Shown: piece after piece, positions 1-9,900 of the stretch
How positions within the stretch are numbered: position 1 is the first letter of the stretch
Layout of the letters: each line of letters begins with the position of its first letter
Assembly: GCA_016937175.1 (NCBI GenBank)
Contig: JAFGWL010000013.1
Location: 18,821-82,820, forward strand
Direction of reading: 5' to 3'
Source: Candidatus Mcinerneyibacteriota bacterium
Lineage (GTDB): Bacteria > Macinerneyibacteriota > Macinerneyibacteria > Macinerneyibacteriales > DSCS01
Length of the DNA: 64,000 nucleotides
Program-made: the position numbers and the translations under genes
The notes under the pieces: model-generated
Databases searched by the model: none
The model's input: only the letters and a program-made list of their open reading frames with translations
What the model was told of the DNA's origin: nothing

Positions 1-971
1 TGGCCTGACATCTCTCCTCCTAAAGGTGCGTCATCTTCTTTCATCTTGGCTTTGATAAGAGAGTGCCCGGCTTTCCACATCACCGGATTTCCCCCCTTTT
101 CTTTGATATATTCCACAAGCCCCTGGGAACATTTCACTTCAAAGACGATCTCAGATCCGGGCCTTCTTTTCAGGAGTTCACCGGCGTAGATCCCCAGAAG
201 CGTATCTCCGTAGAGAAGGTTTCCCTGAGCATCTACGACACCTATGCGGTCGACGTCGCCGTCAAAACCGATTCCGATATCATACTTCTCTTCAGTGACA
301 CGGCGGCGCAGTTCTTCAATGTTCTTTTCCACTGTAGGATCGGCGATATGGTTGGGAAACTTCCCGTCGGGCTTTTCAAAAAGAATATCCGCATCAAACC
401 CGCACTTTTCGAAAATCCGCCGGGCGTAGATCCCCGCTGAACCGTTTCCGCAGTCCAGAAGTACTTTCAGATCTCCTTTAAAGTTAAACGGGGCCGTCAG
501 ATCTTCCATATAACGTTCATCGATATCGGCCCTTTCAACCCCCCCCTCCCCTTCTTCAAAATCATCCTTTTCGATCAGGTGCAGAAGGCTCTGGATCTCT
601 TTTCCGTACAGGGCATCTACCCCTTTGCACATCTTGAAACCGTTATACTCAGGGGGGTTATGGGATGCTGTGATCATGACACCTCCCTGGGTTTCCAGAG
701 CTCCGATGGAGTAATAAAAGACCGGGGTAGCGACTTTCCCGATATCCAGCACGTCAAGGCCGGTACTTCTGATCCCTTCGATGAGAACGGGATTGATCCT
801 GGGGCCGCTGAGGCGGACATCATGTCCTACAGTGACTTTGCGGCCGCCCTGACGCTTGATCATGGTCCCGAAAGCCTGTCCGATAAGACGGACACTCTTA
901 TCGTCCAGGTCCTTGTCGGCCAGTCCTCTGATATCATATTCGCGAAAAATATACGGATTCACCTTGCTCAT
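1..971 (-). CDS. phosphomannomutase/phosphoglucomutase (3' end runs off the window; absent from ORF track)
   Basis: Manual translation from ATG at 971 (SD GGAGGAG upstream): MSKVNPYIFREYDIRG..., phosphoserine motif TASHNPPEYNGFK, metal loop FDGDVDR, sugar loop GGEMSG at window edge. Confidence 0.92.
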   Translation of the reverse strand, partial: MSKVNPYIFREYDIRGLADKDLDDKSVRLIGQAFGTMIKRQGGRKVTVGHDVRLSGPRINPVLIEGIRSTGLDVLDIGKVATPVFYYSIGALETQGGVMITASHNPPEYNGFKMCKGVDALYGKEIQSLLHLIEKDDFEEGEGGVERADIDERYMEDLTAPFNFKGDLKVLLDCGNGSAGIYARRIFEKCGFDADILFEKPDGKFPNHIADPTVEKNIEELRRRVTEEKYDIGIGFDGDVDRIGVVDAQGNLLYGDTLLGIYAGELLKRRPGSEIVFEVKCSQGLVEYIKEKGGNPVMWKAGHSLIKAKMKEDDAPLGGEMSG

Positions 972-995
972 GATCTCCTCCTCCTTTCTGTTTTC

Positions 996-2369
996 TTAAA
1001 TATCATTGAATTCAGTGGCTACGGCCTTTTCCTCCGGCAGGATCATATTGAGGAAGACTCCGATGATGCCCGCCAGGCCGATTCCCGCCAGTGAAAGGGT
1101 GATCTGGAACCGCACAGCCACATAGGAGAGGATGACAAACAGAAGAGTCACCATAGTGATGAATATCGCACTTGAGATCCTGAAATCTGCTTTAGCTCTG
1201 CGCAGTTTTATAAGATGATAGAGAAGCCCTGCAAGGCTTGCCAGAAGGATTCCGTAGACCCCCTGCCAGGGGATGTCAAAAACGGCTCCGCCGATCCCGA
1301 TGACCAGGATTACAGCAACGATAATAAGTTTTTTGTTGGAATCGAGATTGGTCTTGTTTTGGATCATATTCTTCACACCGATGGCGGCGATGCTTCCGAA
1401 GAGGATGACCATGATCCCGCCCATGACGGGAGCAGGGATCGTCTTCAAGACAGCCCCTACCTTGCCGAAAAAGGCCAGAAGAATAGCCGTGACAGCTGCT
1501 ATGCGCATGACCACGGGGTTGAATACCCTGGTCAGGGCCACTGCCCCGGTGACTTCGGAATAGGTCGTGTTAGGCGGCCCGCCCAGAAAAGAGGCAGCTG
1601 TCGTGGCGATCCCGTCTCCGAACATGGTCCTGTGAAGGCCGGGCTTTTCATAGAATTTTTCCCCGGTGATGTCAGAGATCACCATGATGTCCCCTATATG
1701 TTCGATAGCCGGAGCAATGGCCACAGGGACGATGTAGAGTATAGCTTTCCAGTTAAACGCCGGCAAAGTAAAGGAAGGGACGGAAAACCAGGCGGCATTT
1801 TTGATGGGAGTGAAATCGATATCTCCGAATAGGATAGCAGCGGCATATCCGAAGGCGATTCCTGCTAAAATGGGAGTCAGTTTCATCACGCCCTTACCGA
1901 AAAGAGCAAAAATAACCGTCATACCGAAGGCGATACCGGCCAGGGCCATATTATGAGGGGCATCGGGGGTATTTTTGATCATGCCGATGGCTACAGGAGC
2001 CAGGCTCAGTCCGATGACCATGATCACGGGCCCGATGACATAGGAAGGCAGCAGTTTATCGATAAAGCCTATCCCCCGCCACTTGATGAAACCTCCGAAG
2101 AGCATCTTGACCAGTCCGGCGGCTGCCAGGCCGCAAAGTGTTCCTTTGATCCCGTAGAGTTTGGTAGCTACGAGAATAGGTGCAATATAGGCAAAAGACG
2201 AGGCCAGAAACACCGGGACTTTCCCACGGGTCACCAAATGAAAGATCAGGGTTCCAGCACCTGCCGTGAACAGGGCCACATTCGGGTCAAGGCCTGTGAT
2301 CAGCGGGACAAGGACCAGCGCCCCGAAGGCGACAAACAGCATTTGAACACCCACAATAATCTTTTTCAT
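996..2369 (-). CDS. uraA: uracil permease (NCS2/UraA-PyrP family)
   Basis: GVQMLFVAFGALVLVP start, EHIGD, GPPNTTYSE motifs; downstream of upp. Confidence 0.9.
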   Translation of the reverse strand: MKKIIVGVQMLFVAFGALVLVPLITGLDPNVALFTAGAGTLIFHLVTRGKVPVFLASSFAYIAPILVATKLYGIKGTLCGLAAAGLVKMLFGGFIKWRGIGFIDKLLPSYVIGPVIMVIGLSLAPVAIGMIKNTPDAPHNMALAGIAFGMTVIFALFGKGVMKLTPILAGIAFGYAAAILFGDIDFTPIKNAAWFSVPSFTLPAFNWKAILYIVPVAIAPAIEHIGDIMVISDITGEKFYEKPGLHRTMFGDGIATTAASFLGGPPNTTYSEVTGAVALTRVFNPVVMRIAAVTAILLAFFGKVGAVLKTIPAPVMGGIMVILFGSIAAIGVKNMIQNKTNLDSNKKLIIVAVILVIGIGGAVFDIPWQGVYGILLASLAGLLYHLIKLRRAKADFRISSAIFITMVTLLFVILSYVAVRFQITLSLAGIGLAGIIGVFLNMILPEEKAVATEFNDI

Positions 2370-2382
2370 GCAGACTCCTTAT

Positions 2383-3003
2383 CTATTTAGTTCCGAACAG
2401 CCTGTCTCCGGCATCTCCCAGGCCGGGGACGATATATTTATGGTCATCCAGGTAAGAATCGATGTGTCCCGTAAAGATCTCGATGTCGGCATAAGCCTTT
2501 TCCACGGCTTCGATCCCCTCGGGGGCCGATATGATGGAAATGATCTTGATGCGGTCAAACCCTTTTTTGCGCAGAAGGGCGATGGTCGCTATGATGGATC
2601 CTCCCGTGGCCAGCATGGGGTCGATGATGACCACCAGGGGATTCACGGGATTGACAGGCAATTTTTCATAATACTCTACGGGCTGTTTTGTATCGGGGTC
2701 GCGGTAGATACCGACAAAGCCTACACGGGCATTGGGGAGAAGGTTCAGGATCCCTTCCAGCATCCCTACTCCGGCCCGGAGAATGGGAACGATGATAATA
2801 TCGTCTTTGATCTCGTAACCTTCCGTCTCTGTCAGAGGGGTCTCCAGGGACTTTTTCGACAAAGGCATATCCTTGAAGGCTTCATAGGTCAGAAGCATAG
2901 TGATCTCTGAAGATAATTCCCTGAACTCTTTCTGTTTTGTCCCCTTATCCCGGAGAAGAGAGAGTTTGTGCTGCAGCAGCGGGTGTCTGATTTCAACATG
3001 CAT
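2383..3003 (-). CDS. upp: uracil phosphoribosyltransferase
   Basis: HPLLQHKL, VPILRAG, IIDPMLATGGS, YIVPGLGDAGDRLFGTK. Confidence 0.97.
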   Translation of the reverse strand: MHVEIRHPLLQHKLSLLRDKGTKQKEFRELSSEITMLLTYEAFKDMPLSKKSLETPLTETEGYEIKDDIIIVPILRAGVGMLEGILNLLPNARVGFVGIYRDPDTKQPVEYYEKLPVNPVNPLVVIIDPMLATGGSIIATIALLRKKGFDRIKIISIISAPEGIEAVEKAYADIEIFTGHIDSYLDDHKYIVPGLGDAGDRLFGTK

Positions 3004-3021
3004 AAGATTCCCCCTTGGTTT

Positions 3022-4320
3022 TTACAGGATTTCAGCGGCCAGAGAGGCCAGCATACTTCGTTCGCTTTTGACCAGGGTAATATGGCCGAAGATCCTCTCC
3101 CCCTTGAAGCGCTGGATGAGGTAGGTCAGGCCGTTGGATTCCGCATCCAGGTAAGGATTGTCTATCTGGTGGGGGTCTCCGGTGAGGATGATCTTGCTGT
3201 TTTCCCCTGCCCGGCTTACGATGGTCTTGATCTCATGAGGGGTCAGGTTCTGAGCCTCATCTATGAGGATGAACTGGGAAGAGATACTCCTTCCACGGAT
3301 AAAGGTCAGGGCTTCCAGTTCGATTATATCAGATGTCAGGAAATAACCCCTGTTCTTTTTCCCCAGATGGTTGGCGTCTACGACAAAATCCAGGTTGTCG
3401 AAAATGGGCTCCATCCAGTTTTCCAGTTTATTCTCTTTGCTTCCCGGAAGGTAGCCGATGTCACGCCCCATGGGCATAATGGGACGCATGACGAGGACTT
3501 TTTTGTATTTTTGCTCCTCTGTCACCTTGTGGAGTCCGGAAGCCAGTGTAAGAAGAGTCTTTCCAGTCCCTGCCTGGCCTATCAGAGTCACCAGTTTGAC
3601 ATCGTCGTCCAGAAGAAGTTCCAGGGCATAGGATTGCTCACGGTTGAGGGGTTTGATTCCCCAGGGATAGATCCCCTGGCTCTTCAGAGGGACTAGCTTC
3701 TCCCCTTCACAGCGGGAAGCCAGAGATTCCCGTCCTTCGGCGGTGATATTGATCATCTGGTTCGGGTAGAAGAGGCCGGGAGGGCATTCCAGACTGCCTT
3801 TGCTGGAAAAGGATTCCCATTGGCCGGGGCCGGCTGTGTACTCCCCTGTCCCGGCATAGAGTTCATTGAGGTCGATCTTGGTGTGTTCATAGACTTCAGC
3901 CTTAATGGATAAAGCTTCGGCCTTGACCCGGGCGTTGATATCCATGGAGACAAAGACGACATCTTCGTACCCTTTGTCCTGAAGGTGTCTGGCTGCCATG
4001 ATGATGCGGTTGTCTGTGTTGCGAAGGTCGATCCCCTCAGGAAGGGGCGTCTCAAAATCAATGAGGATAAAGAGCTTTCCCCCCTCGTCATTGAGGGAGA
4101 TCCCGTTGAGGAGATTGTCGCCTTTGCTCAGAGAGTCGATAGAGCGGATGACGCGCCGTGCGTTTCGGCCCCGTTCGCCCAGGTCGGACTTGAAACTGTC
4201 CAGCTCTTCCAGGACATCGATGGGAATATAGACGAAATTTTCCTGGAAATTAAAGAGAGAATGAAAGTCATGCAGAAGCACATTCGTGTCAAGGACAAAA
4301 TGCTTGACCCGCTCCTTCAT
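3022..4320 (-). CDS. PIN-PhoH (PhoH2-type) ribonuclease/ATPase
   Basis: N-terminal PIN (FVLDTNVLLHD, EELD, DNRI) plus PhoH P-loop GQAGTGKT, IGYLPG, RGRS, DEAQN, TGDPHQID. Confidence 0.92.
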   Translation of the reverse strand: MKERVKHFVLDTNVLLHDFHSLFNFQENFVYIPIDVLEELDSFKSDLGERGRNARRVIRSIDSLSKGDNLLNGISLNDEGGKLFILIDFETPLPEGIDLRNTDNRIIMAARHLQDKGYEDVVFVSMDINARVKAEALSIKAEVYEHTKIDLNELYAGTGEYTAGPGQWESFSSKGSLECPPGLFYPNQMINITAEGRESLASRCEGEKLVPLKSQGIYPWGIKPLNREQSYALELLLDDDVKLVTLIGQAGTGKTLLTLASGLHKVTEEQKYKKVLVMRPIMPMGRDIGYLPGSKENKLENWMEPIFDNLDFVVDANHLGKKNRGYFLTSDIIELEALTFIRGRSISSQFILIDEAQNLTPHEIKTIVSRAGENSKIILTGDPHQIDNPYLDAESNGLTYLIQRFKGERIFGHITLVKSERSMLASLAAEIL

Positions 4321-4322
4321 TC

Positions 4323-4736
4323 TCAGCGATACCTCTTTGTCATGACCAGCCGTGAGCCGTGGCTCCCCTGTTTTAATTTGACGTCATCCATATAGGTTTT
4401 GATGATAAAAAGCCCCCTGCCGTGGATTGCTGTCTCGTCGGGGAGCTGGAACGCCTCTTCATCCAGAAAGGCTCCCCCCCCTTCCGGGTTGGAATCTTCG
4501 ACAGAGAGAGAGATGATCTCTTTTTCCAGTGAGAGATCCACATAGATCGGCTTCAAAGCCTCTTCGTGATTTCCGTGGATGATGGCATTACTGGCCGCTT
4601 CCGCCAGGGAAGCGACCAGAGTGCCTATCAGGTCTGAGTTGATATCATTACGTTCAAGAAACAGCTCCACAGAGTCCAGTAGGGTTTCGAGGTAATCCAG
4701 AGATGACGGGAGCTGCAGTTTGATGAATTCAGCCAT
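4323..4736 (-). CDS. anti-sigma factor / RsbW-like Ser kinase (HATPase_c)
   Basis: N-box EAASNAIIHGN, G-box GRGLFII; adjacent to STAS gene. Confidence 0.85.
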   Translation of the reverse strand: MAEFIKLQLPSSLDYLETLLDSVELFLERNDINSDLIGTLVASLAEAASNAIIHGNHEEALKPIYVDLSLEKEIISLSVEDSNPEGGGAFLDEEAFQLPDETAIHGRGLFIIKTYMDDVKLKQGSHGSRLVMTKRYR

Positions 4737-4738
4737 GT

Positions 4739-5083
4739 TCAGCGGGTCATATCTCTTAAAGCGTCGGCCTCCGAGTCGTAGCAGTCGAACAGAGTCAGGA
4801 GCTTTGTGATGGTCAAAAGGTCTTTGATACGCTGTGTGATCTTGACCAGGCTCATCTGCCCCTCTTTGGATTTAAGTGTCGTATACGCTGCGATGAGGAC
4901 TCCCAGGCCTGTGGAATCCATAAAAGGAACATCTTCAAAGTCGACGATGACCTTGACAAAGCCGTCTTCCACAGCCTTATTGATGGCCTCTTTGAGGGAC
5001 ATGACCTTTTCACCGCTGACGATCTTCCCGTGGGGGCGGATCATCACTATGTTATTGGATTTTTTCTCGACATCGATCTTCAT
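4739..5083 (-). CDS. anti-sigma factor antagonist (STAS, RsbV/SpoIIAA-like)
   Basis: VPFMDSTGLGVL phosphoserine motif, 114 aa. Confidence 0.92.
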   Translation of the reverse strand: MKIDVEKKSNNIVMIRPHGKIVSGEKVMSLKEAINKAVEDGFVKVIVDFEDVPFMDSTGLGVLIAAYTTLKSKEGQMSLVKITQRIKDLLTITKLLTLFDCYDSEADALRDMTR

Positions 5084-5111
5084 GTAAATCCTCCTTTCAA
5101 TCTTTCACTAA

Positions 5112-5139
5112 ATTATAGCAGATGTTTTTTTCTGCGCAA
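5112..5139 (-). promoter_or_regulatory. sigma70-type promoter for STAS-RsbW-PhoH2-upp-uraA-pmm unit
   Basis: TTGCGC-N16-TATAAT with extended TG on minus strand. Confidence 0.55.
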
Positions 5140-5144
5140 TATCT

Positions 5145-5696
5145 TTATCCCGTTTCCGAAGGCGAAAAATCATCTTTACAGAGGGTGGCTGTAGAGAAAA
5201 AATGATGGAGTTCATATAAAAGATTTTCCGAAAAGAGGGGCCGTTTTTCCAGGATCTCTTCTTTTTCCCAGAATCGTGTTTCTTCGATCTCTTCCGGATC
5301 AAAACAGACGGTTTCTCCCCTGTAATCAGCGATGTAGAGGGAGACAAGCTCCCGCTCACGGGATGATTCCCAGATATAGCGCGTTTTGAAGAGAGCCTGC
5401 GACGGGAAAAACCCAATCTCTTCAAGAGACTCCCGTTTCAGGGCCTGGTAAAAGGTCTCACCCCAGGAGACATGGCCGCCTACGGCAGTATCCCATTTTC
5501 CAGGCTGGATCTGTTTCTTGCAGCTTCTCTTCTGTAAGAGAAAACGTCCCTCTTTATCAATGATCTGAAGATGGATAACGGGGTGCAGGATCTTTGTTCC
5601 GTCGTGACACTGGCCACGGGAGACTTTTTCCAGAGGCCTTCCCTCCGGTGAGCAGCGGATGAGCCATTCCATAGGCTCAATTCTAATGCGGGACAT
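5145..5696 (-). CDS. NUDIX hydrolase (IDI/YfcD-like)
   Basis: HPVIHL, LLQKRS, PGKWDTAVGGH, RESLEEIG Nudix box. Confidence 0.88.
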   Translation of the reverse strand: MSRIRIEPMEWLIRCSPEGRPLEKVSRGQCHDGTKILHPVIHLQIIDKEGRFLLQKRSCKKQIQPGKWDTAVGGHVSWGETFYQALKRESLEEIGFFPSQALFKTRYIWESSRERELVSLYIADYRGETVCFDPEEIEETRFWEKEEILEKRPLFSENLLYELHHFFSTATLCKDDFSPSETG

Positions 5697-5733
5697 TCAA
5701 AAAAGCAATGTTTCCTTTCCTGAACGAATATCA

Positions 5734-5761
5734 TTGACACTGAAAAAAAGGGCTATATAAT
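5734..5761 (+). promoter_or_regulatory. sigma70 promoter of MFS transporter
   Basis: Consensus hexamers TTGACA-N16-TATAAT, 23 nt before ATG 5785. Confidence 0.7.
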
Positions 5762-5784
5762 TCGCAAAGCGAAAGGGATGAACT

Positions 5785-6987
5785 ATGTTACGAGAATATC
5801 TGGAAAAGATCAGGATGATCTCTCCCAATGCCCGTTTTTTCCTCGTAGGAGGGCTTTTTAACGGGCTCGGGATGTCTGTCTTCTCTCTTTTGTTTAACCT
5901 TTACTTGAAAGATTTCGGTTATTCGGAAACAGCGATCGGACATATTCTCTCTGCCGGAGCCCTGGGAGCCGCCGTGGTGGCTGTCCCGGCAGCCATGATC
6001 ATCGAGAGGTTTCATCTAAAGCATGTCCTCATCCTGGGAACCCTCCTCTCCTCCATCTCCTACGGGCTTCAGGTCTTTTTTCAGGATATCCAGTTTATCC
6101 TCTTTTTCTCCTTTACAGCGACCATGTTCATCACCGTCTACCGGGTCTCCGTGGCGCCGTTTTTTATGCGTAACAGCACTCCCGCCGAACGGATCCATCT
6201 TTTCAGCCTCAGTTATGCCATCATGATGTTCTCCCAGCTGCTGGGGTTCTTTCTCGGAGGATTTCTGCCTAAACTGACCATGGGGCTCGGCCTTGCCGGT
6301 TCTCTGACAGAAGCTTACCGCCTTTCTCTCTACACCTCCATTTTTCTGACCATGATATCCGTCATCCCCTTCCTTTCCATCGAACAGAGGCCTGTTCCCC
6401 GGATAAAAAGCAGATTCGCAGAAAGGATCCGGCGCTATAACTGGGGAATAATCCTCCGGCTGATGATCCCGAAGATCTTTGTCGGGATGGGCGCCGGGCT
6501 GGTCATCCCCTTTATGAATCTCTATTTCAAGATCGTCTTTAATCTTCAGGCAGAGACCATCGGCATCTATTTTTCCATTCTCCAGGTCTTTATGTTTTTC
6601 GGGATGCTCGCCGCTCCGTTTCTCACCAGACGTTTCGGGATGATCAAGAGCATCGTCCTCACAGAACTTTTGTCTGTTCCCTTTATGCTTACATTAGCCC
6701 TGACCCACAACCTGCCTCTGGCTGTGATGGCCTTTATCCTGAGGGGAACATTGATGAACATGAATATTCCCATAAGCAGCAATTTTGAGATGGAACTTGT
6801 ACGTGAGGCTGATCAACCCTTTACCAATGCGATTTCCATGTTGGCCTGGAACGGGGCATGGACAGTGAGCGCTCACTGGGGTGGGAGGATTATAGAGGAG
6901 TATTCCTTTTCTTTTTCCTTCTACATCACCATAGCACTCTATGTCATCTCAGCTTTGACCTACTACTTCTTCTTTAAAGACAAATAG
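5785..6987 (+). CDS. MFS transporter
   Basis: 400 aa, about 12 hydrophobic segments in 6+6 arrangement, LLFNLYL and IPFMNLYF motifs. Confidence 0.9.
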   Translation: MLREYLEKIRMISPNARFFLVGGLFNGLGMSVFSLLFNLYLKDFGYSETAIGHILSAGALGAAVVAVPAAMIIERFHLKHVLILGTLLSSISYGLQVFFQDIQFILFFSFTATMFITVYRVSVAPFFMRNSTPAERIHLFSLSYAIMMFSQLLGFFLGGFLPKLTMGLGLAGSLTEAYRLSLYTSIFLTMISVIPFLSIEQRPVPRIKSRFAERIRRYNWGIILRLMIPKIFVGMGAGLVIPFMNLYFKIVFNLQAETIGIYFSILQVFMFFGMLAAPFLTRRFGMIKSIVLTELLSVPFMLTLALTHNLPLAVMAFILRGTLMNMNIPISSNFEMELVREADQPFTNAISMLAWNGAWTVSAHWGGRIIEEYSFSFSFYITIALYVISALTYYFFFKDK

Positions 6988-6990
6988 AGC

Positions 6991-9900
6991 TCAATTCCCT
7001 GTATACTTCATGGAACTCCAGTATGCCGGGTGAGGGAAGAAAAGGCGCAGTTCTTTTTTTGCTTTCCAGAGGGCCAGAGGCGCCGGAGTCCCTTTGTCAA
7101 GTTCCCGGTAGAAGTGTTTGAAGAGCATTCCCGTAGCCACATCAGAGATTCGCCAAAGCGAGGAGATGACCGCGCTCTCTTCGGTTTTCATAAAGGCTCT
7201 GTCCAGGGCTGTGACTTCATCCCCCTCCCCCAGGACTCCGACTCCCGAATCACAGGCACTCAGGACCGCCAGGCGGGCTTGAGGGGTGAGATTGCGTATC
7301 TCTTCCACGTCGAACCTGCCGTCCAGATGGCCGCCGGAAGCAAAGAGAAGATGGGAAAGAAGTGAATAATGGCGGTTAAAGTAGCCATGGCAGGCAAAAT
7401 GGATGATGTCATAATCCTTTGAAGCCATCTTTTCTCTGACCGCCTCTTCTGTGGCCGCTTTCCCTTTGAGGATATCGGTGATGGGCCCGAAGATAAAACG
7501 GATCTCTCCGGCTTCTTTCTGGGCAAAATAGAGTTCCAGGTCGGGATTGTCCAGGTCCGGGTTTCCCACAGCCAGGATCGAACGGAAAGGCCCTGCCCCG
7601 GAGTTTTCCCTGAGCATGAAAAGGTCCGGGATATAGGTCACCGGAAAACGGTCGATAAGGTACTCTCCCTTTTTTACAAGAAGAGAGAAAGGCAGATAGT
7701 TGAGGACCCCTGAAGGCGATACGACCAGGTGGCCTGACTTCGGCAGGTCAAAGGGCAGGAGAAGGTCTCCCAGACGCGATGACTCCCCGCGGATAACCTC
7801 TTCGCCGGCTGTTTCAGAGATCAGGTCGCGCAGACGGCTTACCTCTTCATTCAGGCGCTCTTTTCCCGCCGGGATGGAGTAACCGCTGATGGCTCCGTCC
7901 AGCCAGGACAGGAGAAGAGTCCGGTTTTCAAGGACAAGAAAAGACAGCACCAGGGTTCCCTGTGGAATCGTACCGGCGAAATCCCGCTCCCCGGGGATGT
8001 CAGCGGATCCCTTCTGATTCATGGCGATCTCAAGTTTTAAACGGTCCAGGTCTTCTTTTCTCGCTTCATATTCTCGCACGATGCTGGCGTCGTTTTTCAT
8101 GAGAAGGTCGAGATGGTAGAGCTCTTTTTTCAACTTATCAAGGGCCTCTTCCTCCTCAGGCTTCAGGGTCGATTGCCCCGCCCCCAGGGGATTATTGACC
8201 AGGAAGGCTATCCGCTTCACCTTTTCCGTCGTAAAAAAAGACTTCTCAAATAGTCCTGCATCAAAATAGGCTTCAGCCAGAGAGCGGTAGATACCCTGAT
8301 ATTTTTTCAATAGCTTGACTTGAAGCCCGGGAGAGTCCATATCCTCCGCCATGGCTTCCAAAAGGGAAACCGCCATTTCAAAGTGATCGATCCGGCCTGA
8401 AAAGAGACCGAGATGATTGGCGATCTCCAAAGCCGTGGATATATCCCTGATGTCAAGAGCTTCCTGCCTGGCTTTCTCCAGCATGGGTATATCCTTTGTC
8501 ACAAGCCCTGTGTAGTAGGAGGCATACATGGACTCTTCAGGAGTCAACTGGCCAAGATCCTTCATCTTCCCGAGATAAAGAAGCGCCTGCCCGGATGACC
8601 CGATCTGATAGGAGGTAATGGCCAGATGACGGTAAAGGCCTTTCAAAAGATAGCTGTTGTTCCGTGCCTGAGCTTCAGGAAGCTCACTTTCAAGAAGTGC
8701 CAGCGCTTCTTCCGGGCGTCCCGTTTCTCTCAGGATCAGGGATTTATTGATGATGAGAGCCGTCGTCTCCCCCACGATATTGTATCGGCGGGCTGTTTCC
8801 AGCGCGCCATCTATCTCTGAAAGAGCCAGATGCTCACTTCCCGTCTCCAGAAGAGCCAGGGAGAGAAGGTTTTTGAGAATGACTCGTTCAGCCTGGTTCT
8901 CTTTTTCCGGGAGGGATTGCAAAGTACGGCGGATGTAATCCAGACACTCATGATAGGCATTCGTCTTGAAGAGAAGATTGGCCATGCCGATGGCGGCATT
9001 GATCCTGATATTCCGCTCCGGAGATTCCGTGAGAGGCCGAAACAGAGCTTTAGCCGTCTCATAGTCCCCCTCTCTCAGGCTGATGGACCCCTTGAGGAGT
9101 TCCACAGTCTGCTGTTTGTCCCGGGAACGGACTTTTTCAAGAAGAGCCCTTGCCTTTTCATTTTCATTGAAGTACTTATAGTGGATCACAGCCCGTCTGA
9201 TCAGGCTTTCTTCCGTATTGACAAGGTTCAGAAGCTCTGAAGCTTCTTCGTATTGGCCGTTTTTTTCATAAAGAGAGGCCAGCTGGAGTGTCTGGTCACC
9301 GGGGATCCGCCCCTCTTTGTAGAGGGCTATGGCGCGGCTGTAAAATCCCGTTCTCTCATAGAGGATGGCCAGATTTTTCTCGTAAGCCGATTCAGGCAGC
9401 CCCTTCAGGGATATATACTCTTTCAACTCTTGGCGGATCAGTTCCGGGTCCCTCAGATGGTCTGTTGCGATGGTGATCATGAGGTAGAGGCGGCTTGTCA
9501 GGGTGGCTGTATCCTTTCGGGCCTTTAAAAGGGGGATCAAATTGGCCAATTCCCGGAAAGAACGGCTGTAATGCCCCTCTTTGTAATAGAGATAAGCCCT
9601 GCGGTCGATCTCACTTGTCTTTTCAGACAAAAAGGAAGCAAACTGTTTTTCTGTCATCTCCCTGTAGGAGAAGGTAATCTCCCCTATCTTGATTGTGTTA
9701 AGGCCTGCATAGATCAAAATATCTGTAAAAAGCCGCATAGAAATCGGAGAAGTAACCTCAGCTTCATCGACCCACAAGCCGTCCACCGTCAGGCCCTCCT
9801 TTAAAAACTGCAGCCCTGTATAGTCTCCTGCCTTACTGGCATAGGGATTGACCTGGTCACTCTCCAGGCTCCCGGAAAGACGGAAATAACCGCTGCTTTC

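Noticed and set aside
183..435. 13-bp direct repeat GGCGTAGATCCCC at about 183 and 423
   Set aside because: Only two copies, inside the PMM/PGM coding sequence; no array or element structure
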